Shown: positions 40,165 through 53,344 of the stretch, in pieces
Layout of the letters: every line of letters begins with the position of its first letter
How positions within the stretch are numbered: position 1 is the first letter of the stretch
NCBI RefSeq assembly: GCF_006345805.1
Contig: NC_043004.1
Coordinates: 54,498,001 to 54,562,000, forward strand
DNA: 64,000 nt
Direction of reading: 5' to 3'
DNA from: Octopus sinensis
Lineage: Eukaryota
Translations under genes and position numbers: made by a program
Notes under the pieces: model-generated
Databases searched by the model: none
What the model was told of the DNA's origin: nothing
What the model saw: only the letters and a program-made list of their open reading frames with translations

Positions 40165-43100
40165 CTTCTTATCACATGTTTTGTTGGAACTCCTGACGTC
40201 TTGCATGCAACCTACGGTACTATGCTATCTGTTCTTTTCAGCTATCTAATACTTTCCTGATTCTTCTAGCCGTTCCTTGGAGGAAAACGTTTTCTAACGG
40301 TTCTAGTGGTCAGTCTATTCCAATTTTTTTGATATCCCTCTTGTCGACTTTTAATACTATTCCCAATGACCTAACAATAATTGGCACTATCTTCACCTTC
40401 TTCATTTTTCATAGTCGGGCTCTTTCGTACTTAAGAGGGTTGCATTTATTTATTTTTCGCATTCCTTCTTGACTATTCGTCGGCCAAACTGACATGCAAA
40501 ATAAACTATTCAACCTATGTAGTACATCTTGTCGACCACCACCAGGTCTGCTCTGTTATGGTCTTGCACCTGATCTGTTTGCATTGGGAAATCCCAGAGG
40601 ATTTCGCTAATCTCTGACACCACTCCCTGCGGCTTGTACTCATATCACCTCTTGCCTCTCTCTAGCCCCTATTTTTCGCAAAATTTCCAATGTAGCACTT
40701 TCGTTACCTGATCATGTCATCACAACATGTAATGGTTTGGGGTAAACCTAGAGCATTCATTTGTGATATTGGCAATTGTTTCATCCACTCTATTACAGAT
40801 GCGGCACAATGGAGACACTTGCTCATTCTTCAAGTTGACCCTCCAATTCATAGCCAAAGCTTGGTCTTGTGCTGCCAGTATAGTGCTCTCCGTCTCTTCT
40901 TTTAGTGTCCCTTTCTTCAGCCAATCCCACATATGTTTTCCAGGAAATTCTGTTGTGGCTACATGGAATTGATTCTGTAGGCCATTCTTGCATAATTCTT
41001 CTTCGAGTCCTTTTTGTAATTCTTCCTTCGTTTTTCCTTTTTTCTGTTTTCATTACTCGCTCGCTGCTAAATGACACTAGCAAGGGTTCCTTAATTTGGG
41101 CTAGGTATCTCATTAAGCTCTCGACTTCGATACGTACACAGTATTCCATACTTATCAGTCCCCTTCTTCCATTTGCTCTCTTCGTGTATAGGCAATCAGT
41201 GTCTGCACGTGAATGATAGGCTCCATGCATCCTTTGGAGTTTACTTGACCTCCTGTCCATATCATTTAGCTCCTCCTCTGTCCACTTCAAAATTCCAGCG
41301 CCGTACCGAACTACTGCGACTGCGCGCGAGTTTATTGCCAAAATTATGTTTCTGGCATTCAGCTTTGAAGTTAAAGTTTTTCTCACTCGCCGCGAGTACG
41401 CTCTTTTTGTCTTTTCCTTCATGTCGTTGTGCCCGATTCTATCTGCTTCAAGTATTGCCAGATATTTATAGCTGGATTAAGGTTGAAATGCCTTCATCAT
41501 TTCACGCCTTGGCAAACCTATGCATTCTGTCCTGACAAGCATTCCTCTTAATATCACTGGAGAAAATCCGCACAAACTGGACTCGGCTGTCAGGCTGTCC
41601 AGTCTGCCCCCCTTTTTTGTGAACAACTTCAAGCCCTCCATGAATAGCAAGTGGTTCAGTTTTCCCTTACCTCTTCCAATGTCATACCCTAACTTTGTTT
41701 CTCTGTAGTATTTCACTCAAGGTTATCAAGGTTATCAAAGCGCTATGGGGACATACGAACCCCTTGCAAGATTCCTCTCCTGATTTTCACCTCTCCTAAT
41801 AACTCATTCCTTGCAGTCTCTCAAATCCGTTCTCTAGCATTTCATACTGTTCTATATAAGGCTTCTCATGTTTTCTCCCGCTACATATATTTCCACTGTT
41901 CTTATTATCTAGGTGTGTGGTATCATATTGTTGTGAGTTCAACTTAAGGACAGAGCCGGTGACCTACATTTGGCAATGAATCCATTGTTCTGCCGGATGC
42001 GGGTTGATTAATTAGCTCTGGGGAAACTCCCCGACCACTTCGGGTGAATTAGGGTTCATTTGGAGGGCTGCCCTCTTAAGTAAGCAGTTCAGTGTGTGAG
42101 AGACAGTGAAGAAGAGGAAGAAGAAAGTAGTGAGGAAGACAGATTAAGGAATCTGAGCGGCGATAGAGAGTATTAGAGCTAAGAGAGAGATTGAGGGTAG
42201 TGACAGAGCAAGAGGGTTTTGGCAGTCGGTATTTGGTCGTCAAGGCGAGCGGTTGGATTTAGGAGCGAGGATTTGGAATTCAAGGCAAGCGTTTAGCAAG
42301 TTGGAGTTAGCAGTACTGAGAGAGATGAGGTGCAATATGAGACACTGGCTATTCTAGTAGGAACGTGAATTGTGTATTGATATGTGAATTGTGTATTGAT
42401 ATGTGAAGAAAAAGAAGGAAAAAGAATCGATGTAAAGAGACTGTTGAAAAGAAATGAGACAGTGAAAAGAGCAATGTGAACTGTGTAAAGACATTGTTAC
42501 AGAGTTGTTGAAGAGATAACTGTGTAATGAATATTGAACTGTATAGGCCTTTAATGTCCTTTGAACTGTAACTTTAATGTGTTTTGAAGCAGAACTGTTG
42601 TCTCCGGACGTGTACTCTTGAAATGCTGTTGTTACCTGCATGTTTAAATGCTTTGATCTGTGGTATACCTGTATGATGTATTGAGTTGTTACTTGCATGT
42701 CCTCTTTTAAATGTATCTGATATGTATTTGATGTTGTAACAATTAATAATCATATAAACTAGTTGTTAACGTAGCCAACTGCCTTGCCTTCCGCTGTGTC
42801 TCTGTGTCTCTTCTTGCTGCGGCTGCTGTTGTTGTTGTTGTCTATCTCTCTCCTTTCCGAGTTTCCGTGGCGAACTTATTCGCTGATCGAACGGGCCTGT
42901 GTGAGGGATTCCGTAACAGCTTTCGTTCGACGGAGGTCCCCTCGTAACAATATCATATGCTTTTCGATAGTCAACCCATGCTATGCTCAGGTTTATGTGT
43001 CTTCTCTTGTAGTTTCTAATAATTAAATTATCGATTAAGAGCTAATTCTTCGTTCCCCGGCTTCTCTTTCGGCACACTTTGTGTCAAGTTGGTAGCGGTC

Positions 43101-43370
43101 CACTTATTTCGAAGTATCTATACAGTTCACCGGCCAAAGAACCTGGCATTAGTTTCCGCATTAGTGGAAGACATGTTATTGGTCGAAAGTTAGATACAAC
43201 ATTGCCCTTTTCAGGATCCTTGGCACATAACAATATCTCACCCTTTGTCATCCGGTTGGGTACTGCGCCTTCCTGCAAGCTCTCATCTAGCTCTTGTGCT
43301 ATCCTTTCATGGAGCCCTCTCAGCTTATTCATCCAACAACCTTGGACCCCATTCAGTCCTGGACCACCCA
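40165..43370 (-). mobile_element. R4/Dong-type RLE non-LTR retrotransposon, 5'-truncated and decayed, interrupted by a solo LTR
   Basis: Minus-strand peptides NFRPITCLP, AWVDYRKAYDMIPH, KLNHLLFM(DD)LKL, KLNARNIILAINSRAV..VRYGAGIL.W, WLKKGTLKEETESTILAAQDQAL, CRIC zinc knuckle. 3' end at (TAA)n. Confidence 0.85.
41929..42949. mobile_element. Solo LTR (1021 bp)
   Basis: Termini TGTT...AACA with a 4-bp ATAT target duplication. Removing it restores the codons CGA AAA GCA TAT GAT ATG ATA CC (RKAYDMIP) of the host LINE. Confidence 0.8.
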
Positions 43371-43712
43371 TTGATAAGGGCACACCAGGCACATGCATCA
43401 CAACCATATGCGCATGACATGATGATCTCATATCAAGATAAACAGCGTATGACCTGCAGGTGGGGCCCAGTTAGAATTTGTTTAAGGATGAACTAACCAA
43501 ATGTAATACGCTGTTTGTCTTGATATGCGATCATAATGTCACGCACATATGGCTGTGATGCATGTGTCTGGTGTCCCCTTATCAGACGGTGGTCCAGGAC
43601 CGCAAATGAAAGTCATGATGGGTATACTGGGCTTCGTATATTTTACCCCAGTGTCACTTTGATGGCATAAACTGCTCTCTCGCTCAATAATAATAATAAT
43701 AATGACGACGAC

Positions 43713-43751
<39 letters not shown>

Positions 43752-43799
43752 AAAAATGATGATGATGATGATGATGATGAGGTTGATGATGAAAGGTTA

Positions 43800-45722
43800 A
43801 AGAAAGTGAGGGAAGAAGTAGTGAGTGAGAAGAAGCTAGATCTAAGTTTAACTACTGCAATAACGAGTAAAGTGTTAGGAAAAATGTCGAATTGGAAGGG
43901 CCCAGGACCAAACTTAGTTCAAGGTTACTGGCTAAAGAAATTCAGCGGTTTACAAGGGAGAGTGAGAGAACAACTTCAGGGTTGCCTTAATGGAGAAATA
44001 ATACGAGATTGGATGAATAGAGTCAGGACAATACTCACGAAGGATAAGAGCACGGGTAATACAGCTAGCTACTATAGACTTATCACTTGCTCACCATTAG
44101 TGTGGAAGCTGTTAACAGGAATGCTTTCAGAAAGCATTTATGAGCACCTTGACAACCAAACGTTACTAACAGAAGAACAGAAAGGTTGCAGGAAGAAGGC
44201 TAGAGGAATGCATGATCTATTATATATTGACAAAGCAGTTCTAAATTAAGTAAAAGCTAGAAAGAAAAATATAACAATAGCATGGATAGATTATAAGAAA
44301 GCCTATGACATGATGCCACACTCATGGATAAGTGAATGTTTGAGCATGTTCAGTATAGCAGACAATATAAGAGAATAAATTAATTTTAGCATGAAGGAAT
44401 GGAAAATAGATCTATATTCAGGCGACACACTCTTAAGGAAAGTTAACATTAAAAGAGGAATTTTCCAGGGGTCTCGTTGTCCCTTTCATATTTGTTCTAT
44501 GTTTGATCCCTCTCAGTTTAGTATTAAGGAAAGCAAAGGCAGAGTATCAGTTCAGAAACAGTAATGGAAAAATTAACCATTTGCTCTACATGGATGATCT
44601 GAAGTTTTTAGTAGGAATGAAAAAGAAATAGATTCCTTAATACAGACTGTAAGACACTTCAACAAAGATATAGGCGTGGTAAGGGCAGAAATAGCAAGAT
44701 TACACCCACCTGAAAAGGAAGGTGGAAGAGTGTTAATATCAGTGGAAGACTGCGTAGAGTTAGCTAGAGTAAATATCGACTCCTATGTAGTTAATTGTGA
44801 ATAAAGTTTATTAAGAGCTGCTAGAGTCACAGCAAGACATGGGGAACCTAAAACACCAAACGAACTTAAGAATCAGAAAAAGGAACAAAAATTATCTGAC
44901 TGTCAAGAGAAGGCGTTGCATGGTATATTCCCAAAAATAGTTGTAGCAAATAGTAGTAGTGAGACATGGTTATATTTGCTGAAAGGAAAGCTGAAGCGGG
45001 AGACAGAAAGTTTGTTAGTAGCTGCACAAGATCAAGCATTAAGGAATAATTGGATAAAAGCCAAAATAGACGAAAACCAAGTAGATTTCCCATGCAGATT
45101 ATGCAAATCAAAATAGGAAAGCGTTACTCATATAGTAAGTAAATGAAGCATACTGGCACAGAGAGAATACAAGAAAAGACATGACAATCTAGGATTAGTA
45201 ATCCACTGGGAGCTTTGTAGAAAGCTAGGATTTAAACGTACTAATAAATGGTATGAACATGGACATAGCAAATTACTAGAAAGTAAGAAGTGCAAGATGT
45301 TGTGGGTCTATAACATTCAGACTGATAGAGTGATAGAAGCTAGATGGCCTGATTTGATAGCATTAGATAAAGAGAATAGAAAGTACCAGATAATTCATTT
45401 TACAGCCCCGAATGATGAAAATAATTAATATGAGAAATATAGAAAATATAGCAAAGTACCAGGACCTAGCTATTGAATTACAGAGACTGTGGAAAGTGCA
45501 GGTAAAATGTATACCAGTAGTTATAGGGTAATTAGGAACTATCCCTAAAGATCTGAACAGATGGATAGAGGAGATAGGCATAAAACGCAGTTTAGTACAG
45601 CTGCATAAAACAGTGTTGTTAGTGACAGCTGGGATACTTAGTAGGGTTCTCGACATCTAAAGCAACTTGTTGTAGCCCGATGTAAGGGTTCTTTTCTTTT
45701 CTAATAGTCTAATCTAGTGTAT
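43800..45722 (+). mobile_element. R4/Dong-type LINE fragment (second subfamily), decayed
   Basis: NWKGPGP..VQGYWLKK, YRLITCSPLVWKLLTGML, EQKGCRKKARG, AWIDYKKAYDMMPHSWI, HLLYMDDLK, KLKRETESLLVAAQDQAL, CRLC. Lies between (GAT)n and (GAA)n. Confidence 0.85.
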
Positions 45723-46030
45723 GAAGAAGAAGAAGAAGGAGAAGAAGAAGGAGGATGAGGAGGAGGAGGAGGAGGAGGAGAAGGAGAAGGATGAAGGGGA
45801 GGAGGGGAGGAGGGGAGGGGGAGGAAGAAGAGGGGGAGGAGGGGAGGAGGGGGAGGAAGAAGAGAGGAGAAGAAGGAGAAGAAGGAGGAGGAGGAGGAAG
45901 AGGAGAAGGATGAGGAGGAGGAGGAGGAGACGACGAAGAAGAAGAAGAAGAAGAAGAAGAAGAAGAAGAAGAGAAGAAAGAAGAAGAAGAAGAAGAAGAA
46001 GAAGAAGAAGAAGAAGAAGAAAAAGAAGAT
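45722..46030. repeat. (GAA/GAG)n purine-rich microsatellite
   Basis: Direct reading. Confidence 0.95.
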
Positions 46031-46292
46031 CTAGCTGAACATGTAAAAAATTCCCAGAAAATATGATAAGATATAAGCATCTGTAAATTGTGTGCTGGAG
46101 CCATGAGAAATGTTTCTATATTGTGTCAGCTACAGAATACAGAAGACGTATAAAACGGATAGCTATATAATCCAGCCAAAATATCTCAGTTACACAAACA
46201 TAAACGGAATTACTATTTACCCTTAAAATACATCGTACATATTCAAAGAACCTTCTTGGTATAGTGGTATAGAACGTTCTTCCGGTATTCTT

Positions 46293-46480
46293 TTATTCTT
46301 TTACTTGTTTCAGTCATTTGACTGTAGCCATACTAGAGCACCACCCTTTAGGCGACGAAATCGACCCCTGTACTTATTCCTTGTAAGCCTGGTGCTTATT
46401 CTATCAGTCTTTTCTGCCGAACAGCTAAGTTATGGGCACGCAAGCACAACAACATCGGTTGTCAAACAATGATGGTGGGG
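46293..46480 (-). mobile_element. SINE family B 3' half
   Basis: Reverse complement of the gatagaataagtaccagg...ccagcatggccgcagtcaaatgactgaaacaag-type tail. Confidence 0.6.
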
Positions 46481-46499
46481 AGACAAACACACACATAAA

Positions 46500-46541
<42 letters not shown>

Positions 46542-46814
46542 TTGGTATGGAATTTTTGGGCATACCAGCCCATGATTTTACCAGCCATAAGCATATAAGT
46601 CGTTGGACTGGCTAGCTGACTCACCTTCTACCCAGGCGGGTAGGTGGTGTTGATAAGCCACAAAAATGGCGAAACATCGATATCCATACTCCCAACTGGG
46701 ATTGAAGGTGAGTTATCTCGCCTATCAATGGCTCTAAGTTGTTTTGACACCGGCGCCATTGCAGCCATCGGAAAATACATAAAGTATATACATACATATA
46801 TATCGCCATGAGAG

Positions 46815-46985
46815 ATTGTTAGCCACTACACACATTTTTTTATCTCCTTGTTTTTTCTGTGTCCCTTTCTGTAGAAGAGCGCAGGCTCGAAACGTAAAAG
46901 ACTTTTTCTATATCTTGAGCGTTTTACATCTGTTTGTTTTGTACACCACCTATTTTCATCTTTTGTTTTTTTCGTAAACTCTCTA
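46815..46985 (+). mobile_element. Short (TA)n-flanked terminus with a variant HHR-like motif (F7)
   Basis: 46865-46902 reads cttt CTGTAGA a gagc-gcag-gctc GAAA cg TA aaagac. Confidence 0.5.
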
Positions 46986-47094
46986 TATATGTGTGTGTGT
47001 GTGTGTGTGTCTGTATGTGTCTGTGTCTGTGTGCGTGTGTGTGTGTGTGTGTGTCTGTACATATGTATTTATATATGTATATATATTATATATA

Positions 47095-47161
<67 letters not shown>

Positions 47162-47327
47162 GTATATAATATATATATATATGTGTGTGTGTTGTGTGTG
47201 TGTGTTTGTGTATAATTATAATAATAAGGGTTTTTTGCGACAAGTTGCTTAAACTACATACCGAAAATTTTAGAAATAGCAGCCAAAAAACTACTATTTC
47301 TTTTACTACAAAAATAAGTCTCCACAG

Positions 47328-47403
<76 letters not shown>

Positions 47404-48800
47404 CCGGCATCTTTCAGTTTCCGTCAACTACATTCACTCACGAGACTATAGTAGAAGACACTCTTTAAAGTATAGTGTTGAATTTCGTGTAGGCACCTGT
47501 TGCCAACTTTTCTCCCCCACCCATTTTGTAAGGAGTATTACCCATTATTCTGGGCTTTTTTCACAACGATATCCCGTTTGAAATTTGCATTAATTTTTGT
47601 ATGAAGTTTTACATGAAGTTTTTGTAGCTTGTAGAGAAAACATGGTCCTCTCCAACACAACAGTAGATTCGATCGAGTCCTGTACGCAACATAAATTAAT
47701 ATGAACTCTGAAAGGATGAAAATCAAAGTCGACCTTAAAGAAATGTTTCTATATTGTGACAGTTAAAGGCGGCGAGCTGGCAGAATCGTTAGCACTCTGT
47801 GGTTAATTTGTCTTTGCGAGAATTTGGTTAGTAATCATTGTCTACATGAATTCTGGTATATAACTGGGGTACAAGAAACACAACAGACGCCAAACTAATT
47901 CACTTCTTGAAAATGAGACTATAATGAGACTTTGGAAGCGTCGTATATGTGTTTAGAAAATGTATTGTTCAAAATTAATTCTAAATAAATCTACTAAAAG
48001 ATATAAAAAATATAAATTAAAAATAAAACTTGAACACAGTCGTGTATTAATGAAACATATGTATGTGCATGTATATATACATGCATGTATGTATGTATGT
48101 ATGTATGTATGTATGTATGTATGTATGTATGTATGTATGTATGTAGCGCCATACCGTCTTCTATTATATATATGATTATATTTTGCAGTTTGAGACCGCT
48201 GAATGTTATAAAAGTTTTGGCTGATATTTCTACAACAGGGGGATTATGTGCCAAATGCCTCTTCAAGATAATTTCACAGTAGTTTCTCTCCACTCTCACC
48301 TCCTCCATCTTCTTCATCCTTCCTCCGTTTTACACTCTCTGTTTCATATTTTACACACTTCTTGTCAATTCAATACTTTTTTCATTAATGCTTCTCTTAT
48401 CATCCCTACATAGAAGACGCTCAGCTTCCTGTTACTACATTTTAATCTCCACATTTTCATTTGTTAGCTTTCCTTGCTCTATTTTGGTATGTTTATTTAC
48501 CTATCATGTTTCTATAAATATACTTCTACCTACAATTTAATTTTTGTTTGCATTTTATATAACATATCTATTTAAATTGTCTTCACTTTGTTGGTCTTCA
48601 CACTTGATTTCACTTGTCATGGTTACTAATAAACCAGGAGTCATATTAATCGAGTCTCTAAAGTTTTGCCTGTCATACGGCAATAAACAATAGATTCCAG
48701 AAGGTCAATCGGCTCTTTATCCCCATGACCCACACCTATTTTAATGAAAATGTTTGAAAGTAAAATCCATTCAACCAATGATCACAACTCACTGATATAT

Positions 48801-48877
<77 letters not shown>

Positions 48878-49619
48878 CACACACGCCTTATAAGCGCTTG
48901 TTTTTCTTTTTGAGTGTGTTTTCAAAATGACCCCAAGCAAGACGCAGGGGCCACTGATAGGCAAAAGGGTGTGAGAAAGAAGAAGTATTATTAATGTCAC
49001 AACATCTGTATACACACATGAATATTTAATTCAGCAAATAAAAGATACCAGTATAATCAATAAATGTTTTAAACAAAATACAATGAGATGATAATAAAAG
49101 ACCCGATAAAAGAACTGTCGGCAAAAAAATAGGGAGAATTAGATGAGAATAGAGGAGCTAATACAACGAAATAAAGTGAGATAGTAATAAAAAATAACCG
49201 ATAAAAATATGAAAAGGAAAGGAAATGTCTGCATTAAGCAAAGCATTTGTTAACCTTGATTTTATAAAGATCAAGGTCATATTCTATAAGAAATCGATGA
49301 GGGTTCAGATTATTTTACAAAACAATTTCATAGTAAAAACTGTTTCATGCATGAAACTTGACGGTGTGTCCGTGTGATACGTAGAAAGCACTGATGTGAT
49401 TCCCTAAATTTGGCAAACTAATTTCGGATAGGCATTTATCGACCTCACGGGACCAGAGAATGAAGTTTCTCTGAACGTCTTAATGGTACTTTCAGTAGAA
49501 AATGACCAGATATATTAAATTCCATCGATAGACATGTTGAAATGACAAACAGGGCTGGTTATCAAATAGGCTACGCAGCTGATTGTGCTTTATGTAAGAA
49601 ATGGACAGTATATGTTTAG

Positions 49620-49775
49620 AAGACTTCATCCGAAAATGTGATCAAACTTTCGGGGGTTTGTGGAGATACGATAAAGCTTCATGTCTTATGAACTCATTTG
49701 AACATCAGAACGAACCCAGCATCCAAGTCGACGCCACGACAGCAGGCGTAATTGTGGAGTTTCCTCTCAAATCAG
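49620..49775 (+). CDS. Candidate host exon (156 bp, symmetric phase 1), product unknown
   Basis: tatgtttAG|...AAATCAG|GTatga. Open frame EDFIRKCDQTFGGLWRYDKASCLMNSFEHQNEPSIQVDATTAGVIVEFPLKS in non-repetitive DNA. Confidence 0.35.
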
Positions 49776-50525
49776 GTATGAATTCTATGCCTAAGAATAT
49801 ATCCAAAGAAAAGACTCTCAAAGCAGCCCGCTTCATTAAAATGTACGGAGGAAATTAATTTTACGATGGTGGTTTGTCCTAGAAGCATTAAATGTAATAA
49901 AATATAAGTTTTTCTATTATACGATCCTAATTAGATCAATGCAATTTTCTGCTAGGTTCACGTTGTGACATTCTTAAAGTAATACTGTAAATAGGGCTAT
50001 TAATATTCTTTGAAGAATATTTTATTTCTCTGTCAAGCAAATAGTTTGTAAAGACGAAGGCCCAGCATTGATTCTATAAATATAAGAGGACTAACTGTTG
50101 ACAGCAATATTCAAACTTCTAGTTGGTTATGGTCGCTGAGAAAGACTCTATCATATATATCATTGTTATTAAGTTTAGGAAGCAAGCTTGTTTTCCATAC
50201 TTTGTGAAATATTTGGAGATGTCTAAAATATTTATCATGTATCATTCATCCAAAAACTATCTTTAAATGTAAAACTATTGCACAAAACACACACATAGTT
50301 CTGCAAATTAAAGACACTCCTCCCAAGCCATGCCGTTCGAACATCCTTCAAAACCACATCAATTCACAGAAGTATATTACTTGTCTTGCTATATAATAAC
50401 ATTATGCGTGTATTTTGATGCATATAGAGTCATATATCCTAGCAAATTCCCTGCTATTCTGGCACATCCATAGAGCGATCATGAAGCAACGGCAATACAA
50501 CGCTAAATATCTCATTACATGTAAG

Positions 50526-50710
50526 GCAGCTGGAATCCGGAACCAGAATTTGAAAGAATTAACTTCAAATCATTGAGTCATCTCGAGATCGATAGTGCTT
50601 CTAGAGCCCGAAATGGTTTCGATGATATGTCAGCAATCATACGTTCAAAACTCGATGAAAGGGATATAAATTACAATTCCCAAAACTCAAATTTTTATTC
50701 CTTTTCATAA
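50526..50710 (+). CDS. Possible following or terminal exon
   Basis: A phase-1 start after gtaAG continues the previous frame: (G)SWNPEPEFERINFKSLSHLEIDSASRARNGFDDMSAIIRSKLDERDINYNSQNSNFYSFS*. Weak acceptor. Confidence 0.2.
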
Positions 50711-51482
50711 AATTCTTTGACACTTCAAAGACATCCCAGGACAATTTGAGGATTACTTGCCTATACCTAGGCAATATGCGGGTAAATACATGTCCGGGAA
50801 GACTGTATTTGTGATTAGGTTTTACCGGAAATGATTGTTTATACTCCTATGACCTTTAAGCAGACATTTTTCCCACCAGATTGTAAGTCTGTCTTATAGG
50901 TTAGGTCTCTCACACCACATATATGGCGGGGAAGTAATATCCACTGGCATCTCAGCTGTGTGATCTTTGATATTCCTCGCGGAATAATATCCCGGTTTGT
51001 CGTTATGATTTGGTCATGAACTCTGATAAATGACTATCGCATGTTCACATATTCTTCCGCAACAGTTTTGGATAAATCCACGAGAAAATGCCGTCAAATT
51101 ACACCTGACAAGTCCCTGTAACCCCACACATTACTTAATATATACATGCGTATTCATTTTGCCTATGCATTTTATCCAATGAAATTGTACCTCATTTATC
51201 TATTTTCCATGAATGTGCAAGGCTATCTGGATATCATATTACGGTAGAGTTCATATTCCGACACGTAAAGTGCAGTTATAAATGATTCTAATTATGTGTG
51301 GTGTGCGTTTATATGTAAGTGACTGTATGTACGTGCGTGCGTGTATGAGTGAGAGTATGCCGAAACAAATGATAGTAAGAGATCATGTGTGAATATATAT
51401 ACATAAACATGCCCATATGTATATAAGCAGATGTAGGCACATAATAAAAGTATGTGTCAACAGAATTGTTTTATAAATATAG

Positions 51483-51522
<40 letters not shown>

Positions 51523-52684
51523 TGTGTGCGTGTGGATAGGTGAAGGTATTCACGCTAAAGTGTGTTTATGTGTGCGTGTGTGTGTGTATGCTGTGAGAGG
51601 GAAAGAGAGATAGTTAGAAAGTAGGCACAAGTATATACAAAGGTATACATAGTATGTTTTTGTAAATATGTGGATATATTTGTATATAGTTTTTACTATT
51701 TCTTAATGAGTTCACAAACCAACATTGAAAAAGTTGTACCTGCATCTCGTGTGTGCGTGTGTGTGTGTGTGTGTGTGCAGAGAGGAGGGAAAAGAGAAAG
51801 AGATATTGTATGGGTCATTGAACTGCTAAAACCTATGTGTTACGTCAGCCGTTGCTAGATAACCTCTACACTACTATGATTATTAACCGTTCAGAAGAAC
51901 CAACTACAACAACAGCAACTATAGCTTCAACGAAACGAACAACTAAAAGAACATCAAACGCAAGCAACAGCAACAGAACTGGCGAAGAGAACAACAACAG
52001 TTCTAATGGCAACTATGATGAATGATGGTGCGGCAGAGAGCTCTTTAGTCATTAGAAAGCACATAAGGTGATCACAATCAATGCGAATCAGCATGATTAC
52101 TTTGTTTCATTTCACTGTTTCACCTCTTCCCACCACCTTTTTCTCATCCACCATCACCATCATGTTATTTTCTGATGTTATAGCTGACGTAATGATTGAT
52201 TCGCCCAGCATGTCTACGCGCATGGACATTTGTGTGTGTGTGTCTATGTATGTGTGTGTTAGTGTATGTCTACTTGTGTTTATTACTGAATGTGTATTTG
52301 TGTATGTTCGTTAGGCGTGGAGATTTGTATACTTTTGCTGCGTTTCTACACTTTTATGTAGCTGTGTGTCAATGCATATATGTAAGCATGAACTTGCGTG
52401 CATGCAGAAGGCGCCATCGCATTTTAAACTGTGTGTATGCATTATCATACATACATATGTGTGTATTTATATATGTGCAGACAAACATATGAGTGTATGT
52501 ATACGCATATGGTTATATTATATATGCATGTATATGTGTGTGTGTGTGTGTGTGAAGTGTGTGTGTATTGGGTCATCCCATAAGAAATGCGGTTTATTAT
52601 ACATTTATTTTTCAAAATTAAGATAAACAAAGTTCTTCTTTAATCTAAAATGCAAGAAGGAATATATTCACAGACACGACAGAG

Positions 52685-53250
52685 TTGGGACCTACATACA
52701 CTGGAAGCTATGCCAACATTATGGAATAACAACAGAAAAAAGATGGAATAGGCACACACCAGAAAAGGTCACAGAAAACGAGAAAGCAATCATACTCTGG
52801 GATATGCCAATACACACAGATAGAGAAATTAAGGCCAACAGACCAGATATAGTTGTCAAAGATCATGAAGAAAAAATGCTTTCTAATTGATGTATCAATA
52901 CCGGCAGATGACAACATGTCTCTAAAAGAAATGGAGAAACTTTCAAAATACAAAGACCTGGAAATAGAGGTAACCAGAATGTGGAATCTAAAAACAGAGA
53001 CAATTCCTATCATAGTAGGTACATTAGGCATGATAAAAAAGTATTCAGACAAGTACATAGCAAAAACCCCAGGACTTACAAACACATATAACATACAGAA
53101 AATGGCACTACTAGGCACTGCACACGTCCTACGCAGAACACTTTCAATATATTAACCATCATAGCATCACAACAAATCACGGCACATACCAAAGGCACAC
53201 AGAGCCGCGCTCGGTAGTGAAGTGAAAGCACGCTATAAAAATAAAATTAC
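52685..53250 (+). mobile_element. R4/Dong-type LINE 3' end (RLE domain plus 3' UTR)
   Basis: ILWDMPIHTDREIKANRPDIVV..CFLIDVSIP..EKLSKYKDL..IPIIVGTLG (PD-D/E-K nuclease), followed by (TAA)n. Confidence 0.9.
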
Positions 53251-53259
53251 TGAATGATG

Positions 53260-53338
<79 letters not shown>

Positions 53339-53344
53339 TAACAA

